Below the pieces are notes generated by a model. The model had not been told where the DNA came from. It searched no databases and worked only from the letters and a program-made list of their open reading frames with translations. The translations under genes and the position numbers were made by a program. Below are positions 27,669 to 37,654 of a stretch of 64,000 nucleotides of DNA, piece after piece. The DNA is from an uncultured Actinomycetes bacterium. GTDB lineage: Bacteria; Actinomycetota; Thermoleophilia; UBA2241. The stretch lies in NCBI GenBank assembly GCA_963767005.1, contig CAVYCN010000003.1, positions 224,001-288,000 on the forward strand. The letters run 5' to 3'. How positions within the stretch are numbered: position 1 is the first letter of the stretch; each line of letters opens with the position of its first letter.

Positions 27669-29131
27669 TGCGGCCCTCGCGGGGCGAGGGCCGCCCGCAC
27701 GAGCTCGTCGACCAGGCGCGGGTTGGCCTTGCCCTGGGTGCCCTTCATCACCTGGCCGACGAAGAAGCCGGCCACCTGCTCCTTGCCGGCCCGGTACTGC
27801 TCGACCTGGGCCGGCCATGCGGCGAGCACCTCGGCCACGATGGCGCGCAGGGCGTCCTCGTCGGACACCTGGCCGAGGTCGTGCCGCTCGACCACGTCGC
27901 GCGGCTCGGCGCGCTCGTCGACCATGAGGGCGAAGGCCTGCTTGGCGGCCGTGCCCGACACGGTGCCGTCGGCCACCAGGCGCAGCAGCGCCGCGAGGCG
28001 CTCGGCCGTGACGTGGCCGTGGCCCGGCTCGAGGCCCGTGGCGTTCAGGTGAGCCGCGTACTCGCCCATCGTCCAGTTGGCCGCCGGCTTGGGCTCGATG
28101 CCGGCCGCGACGAGGTCCTCGTAGAACCGCGCGAGGGCGCCGCCGCCGCCCAGCACCGCGGCGTCGTAGCGGGAGAGGCCGTACTGGCTCGTGAACCGCT
28201 CGACGCGGGCGGCCGGCAACTCGGGCAGGTCGCGCCGCACCCGCTCGACCCAGGCCGGGTCGGCGAGCAACGGCACCAGGTCGGGCTCGGGGAAGTAGCG
28301 GTAGTCGTGCGCCTCTTCCTTGGAGCGCAGCGGCGTGGTCGAGCCGGTATCGGGGTCGAAGTGCAGCGTCTCCTGCTCGATCGTGCCGCCGGCTTCGAGC
28401 ACCGCGATCTGGCGCGGCAGCTCGGACTCGAGCGCCTGCTGCAGGAACTTGAAGCTGTTCATGTTCTTGAGCTCGGTGCGCGTGCCGAGGGTGTCGCTGC
28501 CCACCGGGCGGACGCTGATGTTGGCGTCCCAGCGGATCTGGCCCTCCTCCATGTTGCACTCGCTCACGCCCAGGCCGACCACCAGGTCGCGGAGCTGGTG
28601 CAGGAATTCGCGGGCCGCTTCGGGCGAGGGGATGTCGGGCTCGGAGACGATCTCGATGAGCGGCGTCCCGCCGCGGTTGAAGTCGACCATCGAGGAGTCG
28701 GAGCCGGCGATGCGCCCGGCCTCGCCGCCGGCGTGCACGAGCTTGGCGGCGTCTTCTTCCATGTGGACCCGGTTGATGCGGCACACGAGCTGCCGGTCGC
28801 CGACCCAGTACGCGAAGCTGCCGGCGACGGCCAGAGGCTCGTCGTACTGCGAGATCTGGTAGGCCTTGGGCAGGTCGGGATAGAAGTAGTTCTTGCGGTG
28901 GAACACGCTGCGTGGCCGGATCGTGCAGCCCAGGGCGAGGGCGATGCGTGCGGCGTACTCGACGGCGCGCTCGTTGACCACGGGCAGCGCGCCGGGGTGC
29001 GCGAGGCAGACCGGGCAGGTGTGCGTGTTGGGCGGCTCGCCCTTGGTGACGGCGCAGCCGCAGAACATCTTCGTGGCGGTGTCGAGCTCGACGTGGACCT
29101 CGAGGCCGATGACCGGTTCCCAGGCGCTCAT
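27665..29131 (-). CDS. gatB: Asp/Glu-tRNA amidotransferase subunit B
   Basis: IGLEVHVEL, RKNYFYPDLPKAYQISQ, HMEEDAAK, RSKEEAHDYRYFPEPDL. Confidence 0.97.
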   Translation of the reverse strand: MSAWEPVIGLEVHVELDTATKMFCGCAVTKGEPPNTHTCPVCLAHPGALPVVNERAVEYAARIALALGCTIRPRSVFHRKNYFYPDLPKAYQISQYDEPLAVAGSFAYWVGDRQLVCRINRVHMEEDAAKLVHAGGEAGRIAGSDSSMVDFNRGGTPLIEIVSEPDIPSPEAAREFLHQLRDLVVGLGVSECNMEEGQIRWDANISVRPVGSDTLGTRTELKNMNSFKFLQQALESELPRQIAVLEAGGTIEQETLHFDPDTGSTTPLRSKEEAHDYRYFPEPDLVPLLADPAWVERVRRDLPELPAARVERFTSQYGLSRYDAAVLGGGGALARFYEDLVAAGIEPKPAANWTMGEYAAHLNATGLEPGHGHVTAERLAALLRLVADGTVSGTAAKQAFALMVDERAEPRDVVERHDLGQVSDEDALRAIVAEVLAAWPAQVEQYRAGKEQVAGFFVGQVMKGTQGKANPRLVDELVRAALAPRGPQ

Positions 29132-30657
29132 CGCTCGACCGCCTCGCCGGTCGGGTCGCCGGGCGGGCCGCCGGAGGCCACGTCCGCCTCGCGTGAGTCG
29201 CGGAACGTCGGCACGGCGTCGAAGCCGAGCGCCCCTTCGATCGCGTGGGCGGCGGCCAGGATGCGGTTCTCGGAGAACGCCGGCCCGATGATCTGGAAGC
29301 CGACCGGCAGATGGCCGGCCAGGCCGCATGGGATCGAGATCGCCGGCAGCCCGGCGAGGTTGACCGGCAGGGTGCAGATGTCGCTCATGTACATGGCGAG
29401 CGGGTCGGCGGTGCGCGTGCCCATGCCGAAGGCGACGGTCGGCGAGGTCGGCGACACGATCAGGTCGACCTGGCCGAAGGCCGTCTCGAAGTCGCGCCGC
29501 ACGAGGGTGCGGACCTTCTGCGCCTGGCCGTAGTAGGCGTCGTAGTAGCCCGACGAGAGCGCGTAGGTGCCGATCATGATGCGGCGCTTGACCTCGGGCC
29601 CGAAGCCCTCGGCTCGCGTGGCCTCGTACATCTCGGTGAGGTCGGCGGCGTGCGGCGAGCGGTAGCCGTAGCGCACGCCGTCGTAGCGCGCGAGGTTCGC
29701 GCTCGCCTCGGCCGGCGCGATGATGTAGTAGGCCGGCAGGGCGTACTCGGTGTGCGGCAGGCTGATCTCGACGCAGGTGCCGCCGAGCTCCTCGATCAGG
29801 GCCACAGTCTGCTCGAAGCGGGCCATGACACCGGGCTCGATGCCGGCCGCGAGGTACTCGGTGGGGATGCCGAAGTGGACGCCGTCGAGACGCTCGGCGG
29901 TGGGCAGCTCGATCGGGTCGGGCAGCGCCACCGAGGTCGAGTCGCACGGGTCGTGCCCGGCGATGCGGCGCAGCAGCATGGCGCAGTCGTAGACGGTGCG
30001 CGTGAGCGGTCCGATCTGGTCGAGCGAGCTCGCGAAGGCCACGAGCCCGTAGCGCGACACCAGACCGTAGGTGGGCTTCATGCCGACGATGCCGCAGAGC
30101 GCCGCGGGCTGGCGGATGGAGCCGCCCGTGTCTGAGCCCAGCGCCCAGAGCGCCTCGCCGGCGGCGACGGCGGCGGCGGAGCCGCCCGAGGAGCCGCCCG
30201 GCACCGTGCCGAGGTCCCAGGGGTTGTGCGTGGCGCCGAAGGCCGAGTTTTCGGTCGACGAGCCCATCGCGAACTCGTCGAGGTTGGACTTGCCCAGCAT
30301 GACGATGTGATCGCCCCAGATGCGGCGCACGGCCGTCGCGGTGTACACGGGCTGGTAGTTGGCCAGGATGCGCGAGCCGCACGTGGTGGTGACGCCCTCG
30401 GTGACCATGTTGTCCTTGATGGCCGTCGGCAGGCCGGCCAGGGCGCCGCGCGTGGCGCCGGCCTCCTGGTCGATCTCGGTCGCGAACTTGGCGGCGTTGT
30501 CGGCGGTGACCAGGATGAAGGCGTGCACGCGACTCTCGACGCGCTCGATCTGGTCGAGGTAGGTCTTGGTGAGCTCCGACGCGGCGAGCTCGCCCTCGAC
30601 GAGCAGGCGCCGCGCCTCGCGCGCCGTCAGGCGCAGCGGGTCGAGGCCGGCGGTCAC
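29128..30657 (-). CDS. gatA: Asp/Glu-tRNA amidotransferase subunit A
   Basis: DEFAMGSSTENS, PGGSSGGS, GSDTGGSIRQPA, ARYDGVRYG. Confidence 0.97.
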   Translation of the reverse strand: MTAGLDPLRLTAREARRLLVEGELAASELTKTYLDQIERVESRVHAFILVTADNAAKFATEIDQEAGATRGALAGLPTAIKDNMVTEGVTTTCGSRILANYQPVYTATAVRRIWGDHIVMLGKSNLDEFAMGSSTENSAFGATHNPWDLGTVPGGSSGGSAAAVAAGEALWALGSDTGGSIRQPAALCGIVGMKPTYGLVSRYGLVAFASSLDQIGPLTRTVYDCAMLLRRIAGHDPCDSTSVALPDPIELPTAERLDGVHFGIPTEYLAAGIEPGVMARFEQTVALIEELGGTCVEISLPHTEYALPAYYIIAPAEASANLARYDGVRYGYRSPHAADLTEMYEATRAEGFGPEVKRRIMIGTYALSSGYYDAYYGQAQKVRTLVRRDFETAFGQVDLIVSPTSPTVAFGMGTRTADPLAMYMSDICTLPVNLAGLPAISIPCGLAGHLPVGFQIIGPAFSENRILAAAHAIEGALGFDAVPTFRDSREADVASGGPPGDPTGEAVER

Positions 30658-30938
30658 GACTGCATCCTGGGCACGCGGAAGCAGTCGGCGCTCACCGCCG
30701 GCGCGTTGCGCAGCGCGTCGTCGCGCGAGAGGCCGGGCCGCGGCTTGTCGGACCGCACCACGTCGGTCACGGCGAGCACGTGGGCGGTCGGCTCGACCGC
30801 GGCGAGATCGAGCTCGCCGATCTTGTCGATGTGGTCGAGGATCTTGGCAAGCTCGGCGGTCATGCGCTCGGCCTCGGCCGGCTCGAGCCGCAGACGCGCC
30901 AGGCGGGCGACGTGACGGACGTCGTCTTGCTCGATCAT
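30654..30938 (-). CDS. gatC: Asp/Glu-tRNA amidotransferase subunit C
   Basis: VRHVARLARL, VEPT.H, NAP, FRVP; AGGAGG RBS. Confidence 0.93.
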   Translation of the reverse strand: MIEQDDVRHVARLARLRLEPAEAERMTAELAKILDHIDKIGELDLAAVEPTAHVLAVTDVVRSDKPRPGLSRDDALRNAPAVSADCFRVPRMQS

Positions 30939-31060
30939 GCGTCCTCCTAGCACATCCCCGCGCGGGCGGGCCTGCTATCGTACCAGAAACCGCGGGGGCG
31001 CGAGAGCGCGCGCGCGAGCGGCGGCGGCGCGGCATCGGCTGCCCGGCCCCCGACGAAGAA

Positions 31061-31092
31061 GCGGCCCCGCCGGACTGGTCCGGCGGGGCCGC
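31061..31092 (-). terminator. Terminator after cold-shock gene
   Basis: GCGGCCCCGCCGGAC-N2-GTCCGGCGGGGCCGC followed by TTCTTC on the minus strand. Confidence 0.6.
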
Positions 31093-31123
31093 GGAGCGGC
31101 GTGGATCTGCGCCGGTACGGCGA

Positions 31124-31327
31124 TCAGCCGACCGGCACGACCTTGGAGGCCTGGAGGCCCTTGTCGCTCTGGGCGATCTCGAACTCGACCGCCTGCCCCT
31201 GGTTCAGGGTCTTGTAGCCGTCGACCTGGATCTCTGAGAAGTGGACGAACAGGTCTTCACCCTCTTCACGTTCGATGAAGCCGTACCCCTTCTCATTGCT
31301 GAACCACTTCACTGTTCCTCGGGCCAA
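31124..31327 (-). CDS. Cold-shock protein
   Basis: [22 protein letters not shown]; TTG start with AGGAGG RBS. Confidence 0.95.
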   Translation of the reverse strand: MARGTVKWFSNEKGYGFIEREEGEDLFVHFSEIQVDGYKTLNQGQAVEFEIAQSDKGLQASKVVPVG

Positions 31328-31413
31328 CGTGTTCCCTCCTGCTACCGCCGCGGTATGCCGTGCGGCACCCCCCGGGGTCGCCGAATCGACGGCGACCGTT
31401 TCACAACGCGGTC

Positions 31414-31442
31414 AAACTACACCACCGGGACCGGCGCTGCAA
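31414..31442 (-). promoter_or_regulatory. Putative sigma70 promoter of the csp gene
   Basis: TTGCAG-N17-TAGTTT on the minus strand. Confidence 0.4.
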
Positions 31443-31728
31443 ATACATAGGACCATCATCGTACGCCCGCGCTCCGGTCCGAGCGCCACGCAGCCTTCGC
31501 CACACGGCGCCGGCCCTTGGCAGAGGCTCTGCTTGAGAGTAAAGTGCTGTCGATCAGGGGGGCCTCTCCTTGGCGTTTGCGGCGGGGTCGCGCCGGCTGG
31601 CCGTCGAGTGCGCGACCCACTCCCGCGGGCCTCGGGCGGGAGAGCGTCTCATCCCCTCGCTCTTCAGGGTCGCGGTGCTCAAAGACGACCGCACCGGCCG
31701 CAACGTGTCAGGCGTGAGGAGAGGGAGG

Positions 31729-33120
31729 ATGGACGAACAGCTGCGCGGCCGCGTTCTGCGCGAATCCCGCAAGGCGCTCGAGCTTATGCAGAAGAGTGAG
31801 CTCAGCACCGACGAGCAGGACGCCGTCATCGCCGACTGCGTCGAGAACTTCAGCCGCTACGTCAACCCCGGCATCCTCGATTACCGCAAGTCGGTCTCGA
31901 CCGACTACACGGCGGTCGAGTGGAGCGACGGCGGGGCGACGTTCAAGGACATCCGCGGCCGCGAGTTCATCGACTGCCTCGGCGGCTTCGGCATCTACAT
32001 GCTGGGCCACCGTCACCCGACCGTCATGCGCGCCGTCCAGGGCCAGCTCCAGCACCAGGCGCTGCACTCGCAGGAGCTGCTCGACCCCATGCGCGGCTAC
32101 CTGTGCGAGCTCGTCGCCATGGTCACGCCCGGCGACCTCCAGTACTCGTTCCTCGTGAACTCGGGCACCGAGGCCACCGAGGGCGCCCTCAAGTTCGCCA
32201 AGGTCTATGCCTACGAGAAGAAGCCCGACCACATGCTGGGCGTGATCTCGACCACACGCGCCTTCCACGGCAAGTCGATGGGCAGCCTCAGCGTGAGCGG
32301 CAAGCGCGAGTTCCGCGTGCCCTTCCAGCCGCTCGTGCCGGGCAGCCGCTTCGTGCCCTACGGCGACGCCGACGCGCTCGAGCGCGAGCTCGAGATCTGC
32401 GACATGATCGGCTACGACATCGCCGCCTTCATCGTCGAGCCGGTCCAGGGCGAGGCCGGCGCCATCGTGCCGCCCGACGACTACCTGCCGCGCGTACGCG
32501 AGATCTGCGACGAGTGGGACGTCGTGATGATCGCCGACGAGGTACAGACCGGCATGGGCCGCACCGGCAAGCTCTGGGGCGTCGACAACTGGGGCGTCGT
32601 GCCCGACATCATGACCATGGGGAAGGCCTTCGGCGGCGCCGTGATCCCCTGCGGCAACATCGTCGTCAAGGAACGCATCTTCCACGCCATGTTCGCCAAC
32701 CCCTACCTGCACACGACCACCTTCGGCGGCAACCCGCTGGCAACGGCCGCGGCGATCGGCGCCCTGCACGCGACGATCGAAGAGGACATCCCGCGCCAGG
32801 CCGCCGAGAAAGGCGCCGTGCTGAAGGCCGGCGTGCAGACGCTCGCCGACGAGTACCCCGACATCTACGACGAGGTGCGCGGCCTCGGCCTGCTGATCGG
32901 CATGGAGTTCCACGACGCCGAGACCGGCTACGCCGTCTCGTCGGGCCTGTTCAGCCGCGGCGTCCTGGTGGGCGGCACACTCAACAACGCCAAGACGCTA
33001 CGGCTCGAGCCGCCGGCCGTTATCAGCCTCGCGCAGATCGACGAGGTGCTGGCCCGCCTGGCCGAGACGCTCGCCGAGGTGCGCGCCACACGCGGCGCCG
33101 GCGCGCTCGTGACTCAGTAG
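31729..33120 (+). CDS. patA: Putrescine aminotransferase (class III)
   Basis: VNPGILDYRKSV, EFIDCLGGFG, LHSQELLDP, NSGTE, DEVQTGMGRTG, GKAFGG, HTTTFGGNP. Confidence 0.88.
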   Translation: MDEQLRGRVLRESRKALELMQKSELSTDEQDAVIADCVENFSRYVNPGILDYRKSVSTDYTAVEWSDGGATFKDIRGREFIDCLGGFGIYMLGHRHPTVMRAVQGQLQHQALHSQELLDPMRGYLCELVAMVTPGDLQYSFLVNSGTEATEGALKFAKVYAYEKKPDHMLGVISTTRAFHGKSMGSLSVSGKREFRVPFQPLVPGSRFVPYGDADALERELEICDMIGYDIAAFIVEPVQGEAGAIVPPDDYLPRVREICDEWDVVMIADEVQTGMGRTGKLWGVDNWGVVPDIMTMGKAFGGAVIPCGNIVVKERIFHAMFANPYLHTTTFGGNPLATAAAIGALHATIEEDIPRQAAEKGAVLKAGVQTLADEYPDIYDEVRGLGLLIGMEFHDAETGYAVSSGLFSRGVLVGGTLNNAKTLRLEPPAVISLAQIDEVLARLAETLAEVRATRGAGALVTQ

Positions 33121-33162
33121 CACCCGCTGACCGGCGGCGGCTGCCGCCGGGCGTCCGTACGA

Positions 33163-33212
33163 CGCGACGGGCGGCGGGGCGAGCCTTCTGGCTCGCCCCG
33201 CCGCCCGTCGCG
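33163..33212. terminator. 23-bp hairpin between convergent genes
   Basis: CGCGACGGGCGGCGGGGCGAGCC-TTCT-GGCTCGCCCCGCCGCCCGTCGCG. Confidence 0.65.
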
Positions 33213-33253
33213 CTACGCCGCCGCGGGCGTCACCGCCCGCGGCGGCGCCTGTC

Positions 33254-34066
33254 TCACCAGTCCGAGAAGCCGGTGTTGTACCAGAGCTTGCTCGTGCCCT
33301 TCTTGGCACGCTTGTTCCAGGCCTTGGTCTTGGGCTCGGCCTCGATGCGCGCGAGCAACTGGTCGCAGCGATCCTTGACGTGCTGCTTCTGCTCCTCGCT
33401 GAACGCCGGGACCTTGTCGACGTGCTCCTTCACGCGGCCGAAGTTGGTCGTGGCCGTGTACCAGAAGCCCCAGTCGTCGCCGAAGCGCTTGGCGATGAAA
33501 GTCTGGTTGATCTTCTTCTCGTCGTCGTCGCCGATCGTGGCCGTCGTGAGCAGATACTCGATGTCCTTCAGGTCCTTGTCGTTGATCTCCCAGATCTGCA
33601 GCTTCTGCAGCATGATGTCGGACAGCGACACGCTGTAGGGGTCGAGCTCGAGGCGGCCTGCGTAGTTGACCTCGTGGCAGTAGTCGAGCTTGTCGAAGAA
33701 GACGTCGATCATCGGCACGGGGCCGGCGTAGTAGATGTGCCGCGTCTTGCCCGACGCCATCATCGTCTGCAGGTCGCACTCGTAGCCGAGCGTCTCCATG
33801 AACTTCGGCATCTTGCCGCTGGTCTTGCCGTAGGCGGCGTAGTCGATGTCGGTGAAGTACCGGTCGCCGAGGCGCTCCAGCTTCGCGTAGAGGTCGATCT
33901 GCTCCGGGAAGTAGTAGTGCAGCGCGAGCGGGCCCATGACGCGCATCGTGATGCCCGCCTGCTGGGCGGCCTCGACGATGCGTTTGCCCTCGGCCAGGAA
34001 GGTCTCGGGCGTGGGGTACTGGTCGAGCGGGATGTCCTTCGGCAGGATGAAGGGCTTGGTGCTCAT
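33254..34066 (-). CDS. Hypothetical protein, possible nucleotidyltransferase fold
   Basis: hGP.A...TDID...IDVF acidic pattern; strong codon bias; GGAGG RBS. Confidence 0.6.
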   Translation of the reverse strand: MSTKPFILPKDIPLDQYPTPETFLAEGKRIVEAAQQAGITMRVMGPLALHYYFPEQIDLYAKLERLGDRYFTDIDYAAYGKTSGKMPKFMETLGYECDLQTMMASGKTRHIYYAGPVPMIDVFFDKLDYCHEVNYAGRLELDPYSVSLSDIMLQKLQIWEINDKDLKDIEYLLTTATIGDDDEKKINQTFIAKRFGDDWGFWYTATTNFGRVKEHVDKVPAFSEEQKQHVKDRCDQLLARIEAEPKTKAWNKRAKKGTSKLWYNTGFSDW

Positions 34067-34173
34067 CGCCTGCTGTCGCCTCCTTCGGTAGGACGGGCGC
34101 GGGCGCGGGGGCGCCGCGGCGAGCGACCGGCGGGGCCCGCAGCCGGTGCGGGCCCCGCCGGTCTCAAGGGCGA

Positions 34174-35106
34174 TCAGCCCTGGGTGAAGACGTAGTCCTT
34201 CACCTTCTTCTTGTCGAGCATGATCACGACACCCTTGAGGATGCCCTCGGAGTACTCGCTGCCGGGGTTGATCATGAGCGTGCGGCCGGCCTTCTGGGCG
34301 CCGCGCGACTCGTGGATGTGCCCGTGCAGGCCGAGCAGCGGCTGGTACTTCTCGATCACCATCTTGGCGCCCTGGCTGCCCGCGTGGATCTTCTCCTCGG
34401 CGGACATCTTCATGTCCTTGTCGAGCTTCGGGCAGAGGTCGAGCGAGTAGCCGTGCGGCGGCACGTGGAAGTTGAAGATCGCGCCCTCGTAGTTGCTGAC
34501 CTTCTTGCAGAGCTCGTCGAGGTGAACGGACAGCTCCTCTTCGGACTCCTCACGCGGGGTGTCCCACGGCGTCGGGTTGCTGCGCGAGCACGACACCATC
34601 TCGTGGCCGTCGATGTCGACCACCATGTTGTCGCAGGGCTTGATGACCTTCATGCAGGAGATCATGTCGTCGACCTCCCACCAGTCGTCGTTGCCCGGGC
34701 AGATGTACATCGTGTGGCTCTTGCCCTCGAGCCGCTCGTCGGCCAGCTCGAGCCACTCCTGGATACGCTTGTAGGCGGCGTGCTTGAAGAGCTTGTCGAT
34801 CTCTTTCGGGTCGGCCTTGGTGGCCTCGAACTCCTCGCGGGTCTGGTTGATCCAGTAGTAGCCCGCGTTCTCGATGATCTTCTTGGTGTCGGCCAGCTCC
34901 TGCTCGGTGTTCATCTCGGTGTACATGCCCATGAGATGGCACTCGCGGCCACCGCCGGGCTTCTCGACCAGCGGGATGAGCACCTTGCCGAGCAGGTCGC
35001 CGTTCAGCACGGCGATATCGATGCCGTAGATCGGCAGGGCGTTCAAGAACTTGCGGTAGCAGACGTTCGAACCATGAATGTCGGTGACGTAGAACAGTTT
35101 GATCAT
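34174..35106 (-). CDS. Calcineurin-like metallophosphoesterase (Icc-related)
   Basis: DIHG, GDL, PGNDD, HVPP, GHIHE motifs. Confidence 0.88.
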   Translation of the reverse strand: MIKLFYVTDIHGSNVCYRKFLNALPIYGIDIAVLNGDLLGKVLIPLVEKPGGGRECHLMGMYTEMNTEQELADTKKIIENAGYYWINQTREEFEATKADPKEIDKLFKHAAYKRIQEWLELADERLEGKSHTMYICPGNDDWWEVDDMISCMKVIKPCDNMVVDIDGHEMVSCSRSNPTPWDTPREESEEELSVHLDELCKKVSNYEGAIFNFHVPPHGYSLDLCPKLDKDMKMSAEEKIHAGSQGAKMVIEKYQPLLGLHGHIHESRGAQKAGRTLMINPGSEYSEGILKGVVIMLDKKKVKDYVFTQG

Positions 35107-35177
35107 CTATCACCCTCCCTCGGGCGGAGCGCGGGGGGCGAGAGCGGATGCTCCCGCCCCCCGCGCCGACGGTCAGA

Positions 35178-36812
35178 TCACTCCGGAGGCAGCTCGCCGT
35201 AGGTGACGGCCGAGATGTCCATGCCGGACTTGGCCTTGTTGTAGGCGCTCCAGGCGAAGTACCACACGACGCCGGCGGCCCAGATGCTGCCGAACAGAAT
35301 CCACGAAGGTCCGCTGAACGTCGCGGTCGCGGCGTTGTGGACGGTGAACTCCCAGAGCAGGATGACGAGGTAGACGAGGTCGACCGCGGCGCCCCAGACG
35401 ACGACCGGCAGGCCGAGGAAGGTCCACTTCTTGTAGGGCGACGAGTCCCACACGCCCTTGGCGCGCCGCGAGTACGGGAACCACAGTGCGGCGATCGCGG
35501 TCGGCAGGAAGACCGAGGTGATCTGCATGCCGGTCAGCACGATGTTCTGCATCTGGTTCTGCAGCAGCGTGTAGTAGAAGACCAGCAGCCCCTCGCCCAG
35601 GACCAGGCAGAGGATGTGGTTCTTAACCGGGCTCGCGTAGCGCGGGTTGATGTCGGTGAACCACTTCGGGCCCATGCGGTCCATGCCCCAGGCAAACAGG
35701 ATGCGCGGGAAGGCCAGGTACGAAAGCGCCAGCCACCACAGGGTGAAGGCCACGTACGAGAGGCCCATGAGCGCCGCGATCACCTTGGCCCATGCCGCCG
35801 ACGAGCCCAGCGAGTACACGGCCAAGTCGATGAAGTTCGTGCCGTGCGGCATGCCGGCCATCGACTTCAGCGTGTTGCCGTTATTGTCGTTCCAGGCGGT
35901 CGCGTTCAGGAACTGGAAGCCGACCGTCTTGTAGAGCACGATCGCGATCCAGAGCATGAACAGGAAGGGCACCAGAATGGCGAACAGGTTGGCCCAGATG
36001 ATCGACTTGTCGGGGCGCTTGACCTCGCCGGCGATGAAGGCGATCGAGTAGGCGTAGGCGAACAGCCACGACATGGCGACCATCGTGCCGAAGGTCGCAC
36101 CCCAGTTGGTGTGAGTCGGCATGGCGGTGCCGGCCTGGGCGGCGACCTGGGCCACGAAGGTGTGGTAGGTCGGGCCGTGGTTGGCCAGGGCCGCCGCGTT
36201 CCACTTCGACTCAAAGCCCGAGCGCGAGGTGATCGTCAGGACGACGCCGATGATCGCGCAGCCGCCGATGCCGAAGACCATGACGATCTTCTGCACCTTG
36301 GCGAAGATCTTGATGCCGAAGACCACGAAGAGGAAGCCGACCACGTTGAAGATCGAGGCGATGAAGAAGGTGTGCCAGGTGGGCGCGTCGACCCAGCTCG
36401 CAGCCTTCGTCCAGCCGAGATAGCTGAATGTGGTGTCGAGGCCGGGGCTGACGGCCAGAGGCGCCAGCACGTAGAGCCACATCAGCCAGATGGCGGCGTC
36501 GCCGAAGCTCTGGGCGATGCCGTAGACCGGGTGGATGATGCGCGAGTTGTAGACGTACTCGCCGCCGGACCGCGGCATCGAGCCGCCGAGGATGCCCCAG
36601 ACGAGCGGGAAGCCGATGCCGGCGAGCACCGCCGAGATGATCGCGGCGTAGATCAGGTTGCCGCCGAGGAAGACGCCGAGGCCGAGGCTCACGACGACCC
36701 AGATGCTCGGCGTCAGGCCCTGGTTCATGAAGCCGACCGCGAACGCGTCCATCATCGACAGACCGCGCACCAAGCCGCTTGCCTTACGTGCATACGCTAG
36801 TTCTTCAGACAC
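35178..36812 (-). CDS. APC family amino acid/polyamine permease
   Basis: YARKASGLVR, MPRSGGEYVY, AGEVK, RILFAW..DR, about 12 TM segments, YGELPPE. Confidence 0.88.
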   Translation of the reverse strand: MSEELAYARKASGLVRGLSMMDAFAVGFMNQGLTPSIWVVVSLGLGVFLGGNLIYAAIISAVLAGIGFPLVWGILGGSMPRSGGEYVYNSRIIHPVYGIAQSFGDAAIWLMWLYVLAPLAVSPGLDTTFSYLGWTKAASWVDAPTWHTFFIASIFNVVGFLFVVFGIKIFAKVQKIVMVFGIGGCAIIGVVLTITSRSGFESKWNAAALANHGPTYHTFVAQVAAQAGTAMPTHTNWGATFGTMVAMSWLFAYAYSIAFIAGEVKRPDKSIIWANLFAILVPFLFMLWIAIVLYKTVGFQFLNATAWNDNNGNTLKSMAGMPHGTNFIDLAVYSLGSSAAWAKVIAALMGLSYVAFTLWWLALSYLAFPRILFAWGMDRMGPKWFTDINPRYASPVKNHILCLVLGEGLLVFYYTLLQNQMQNIVLTGMQITSVFLPTAIAALWFPYSRRAKGVWDSSPYKKWTFLGLPVVVWGAAVDLVYLVILLWEFTVHNAATATFSGPSWILFGSIWAAGVVWYFAWSAYNKAKSGMDISAVTYGELPPE

Positions 36813-36910
36813 TATCGCCCCCTTGGTTCCTTCAACGGCCGTGCCCTCGTTAGCGAAAGGAGAGACGAACGGACGGCCGTCCTACAACAACGTGTGCCTT
36901 CGTTTCGCGC

Positions 36911-37402
36911 CTACTCCCGACCGCCTCCCTTCTCCCCGACCGTCTCGGGAATGCGCCACTGATAGATGTCCTTGAGCTTCCAGGGGACCATGACGGTCCG
37001 CGTGCGCGAGACCCCGTTGACCTTGCCGATCACCTCGTCCACGAAGCGCAGCAGGTCTTCGGTGTCGCGCGCGTACACCTGCGCCGACAGGTCGCCGTTG
37101 CCCACGGCGCCGGCGACGTAGCTCACGTTGTCGAGGCTGCAGAGCTGCTCGGCGACCGACTGCACCATCCCGGGCGCGACCTCGATGATCACGTCGCCGG
37201 TGACCCGGTAGCCGACGGCCTGGGGATTGACGATGGCGGTGACCTTGACGACGCCGGCCCGCACGAGCCGCTCGATGCGGTAGCGTACCGCGCGCTCAGA
37301 CACGTGTCCGATGCGGCGCGTCATCTCGGCCGACGAGATACGGCCGTCCTCGGAGAGTAGTGCGACGATCTGGCGGTCGATCGCGTCGAGACTGAACGTC
37401 AC
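36911..37402 (-). CDS. Lrp/AsnC family regulator
   Basis: LDAIDRQIVALLSEDGR, SERAVRYRIERL, C-terminal RAM domain. Confidence 0.9.
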   Translation of the reverse strand: MTFSLDAIDRQIVALLSEDGRISSAEMTRRIGHVSERAVRYRIERLVRAGVVKVTAIVNPQAVGYRVTGDVIIEVAPGMVQSVAEQLCSLDNVSYVAGAVGNGDLSAQVYARDTEDLLRFVDEVIGKVNGVSRTRTVMVPWKLKDIYQWRIPETVGEKGGGRE

Positions 37403-37654
37403 CCCTGACCCCTCTGGCGTGGACAGACCGGCTAACTTCAATCCAACCGTAGGAAAATGTCAACCTAGCGCGACGGGCCGTAGGATTCGTACACTCCGCC
37501 GCAATGGTGCCGTCGGTTTCGGACGGCCCCGGGCGTGACCCAACGACGGCCGGAGCCACGCACGGGTACCCCCCTGACGCAGGATATCGCAGGTCGCCCC
37601 CCGATGCGAGGCCGATCGACCCGGCGCACGACCTCGAGCCGGCGCGGCGGCGCG

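Noticed and set aside
31450-31728. Riboswitch in the long patA leader
   Set aside because: Hairpins are possible but I recognise no aptamer consensus.
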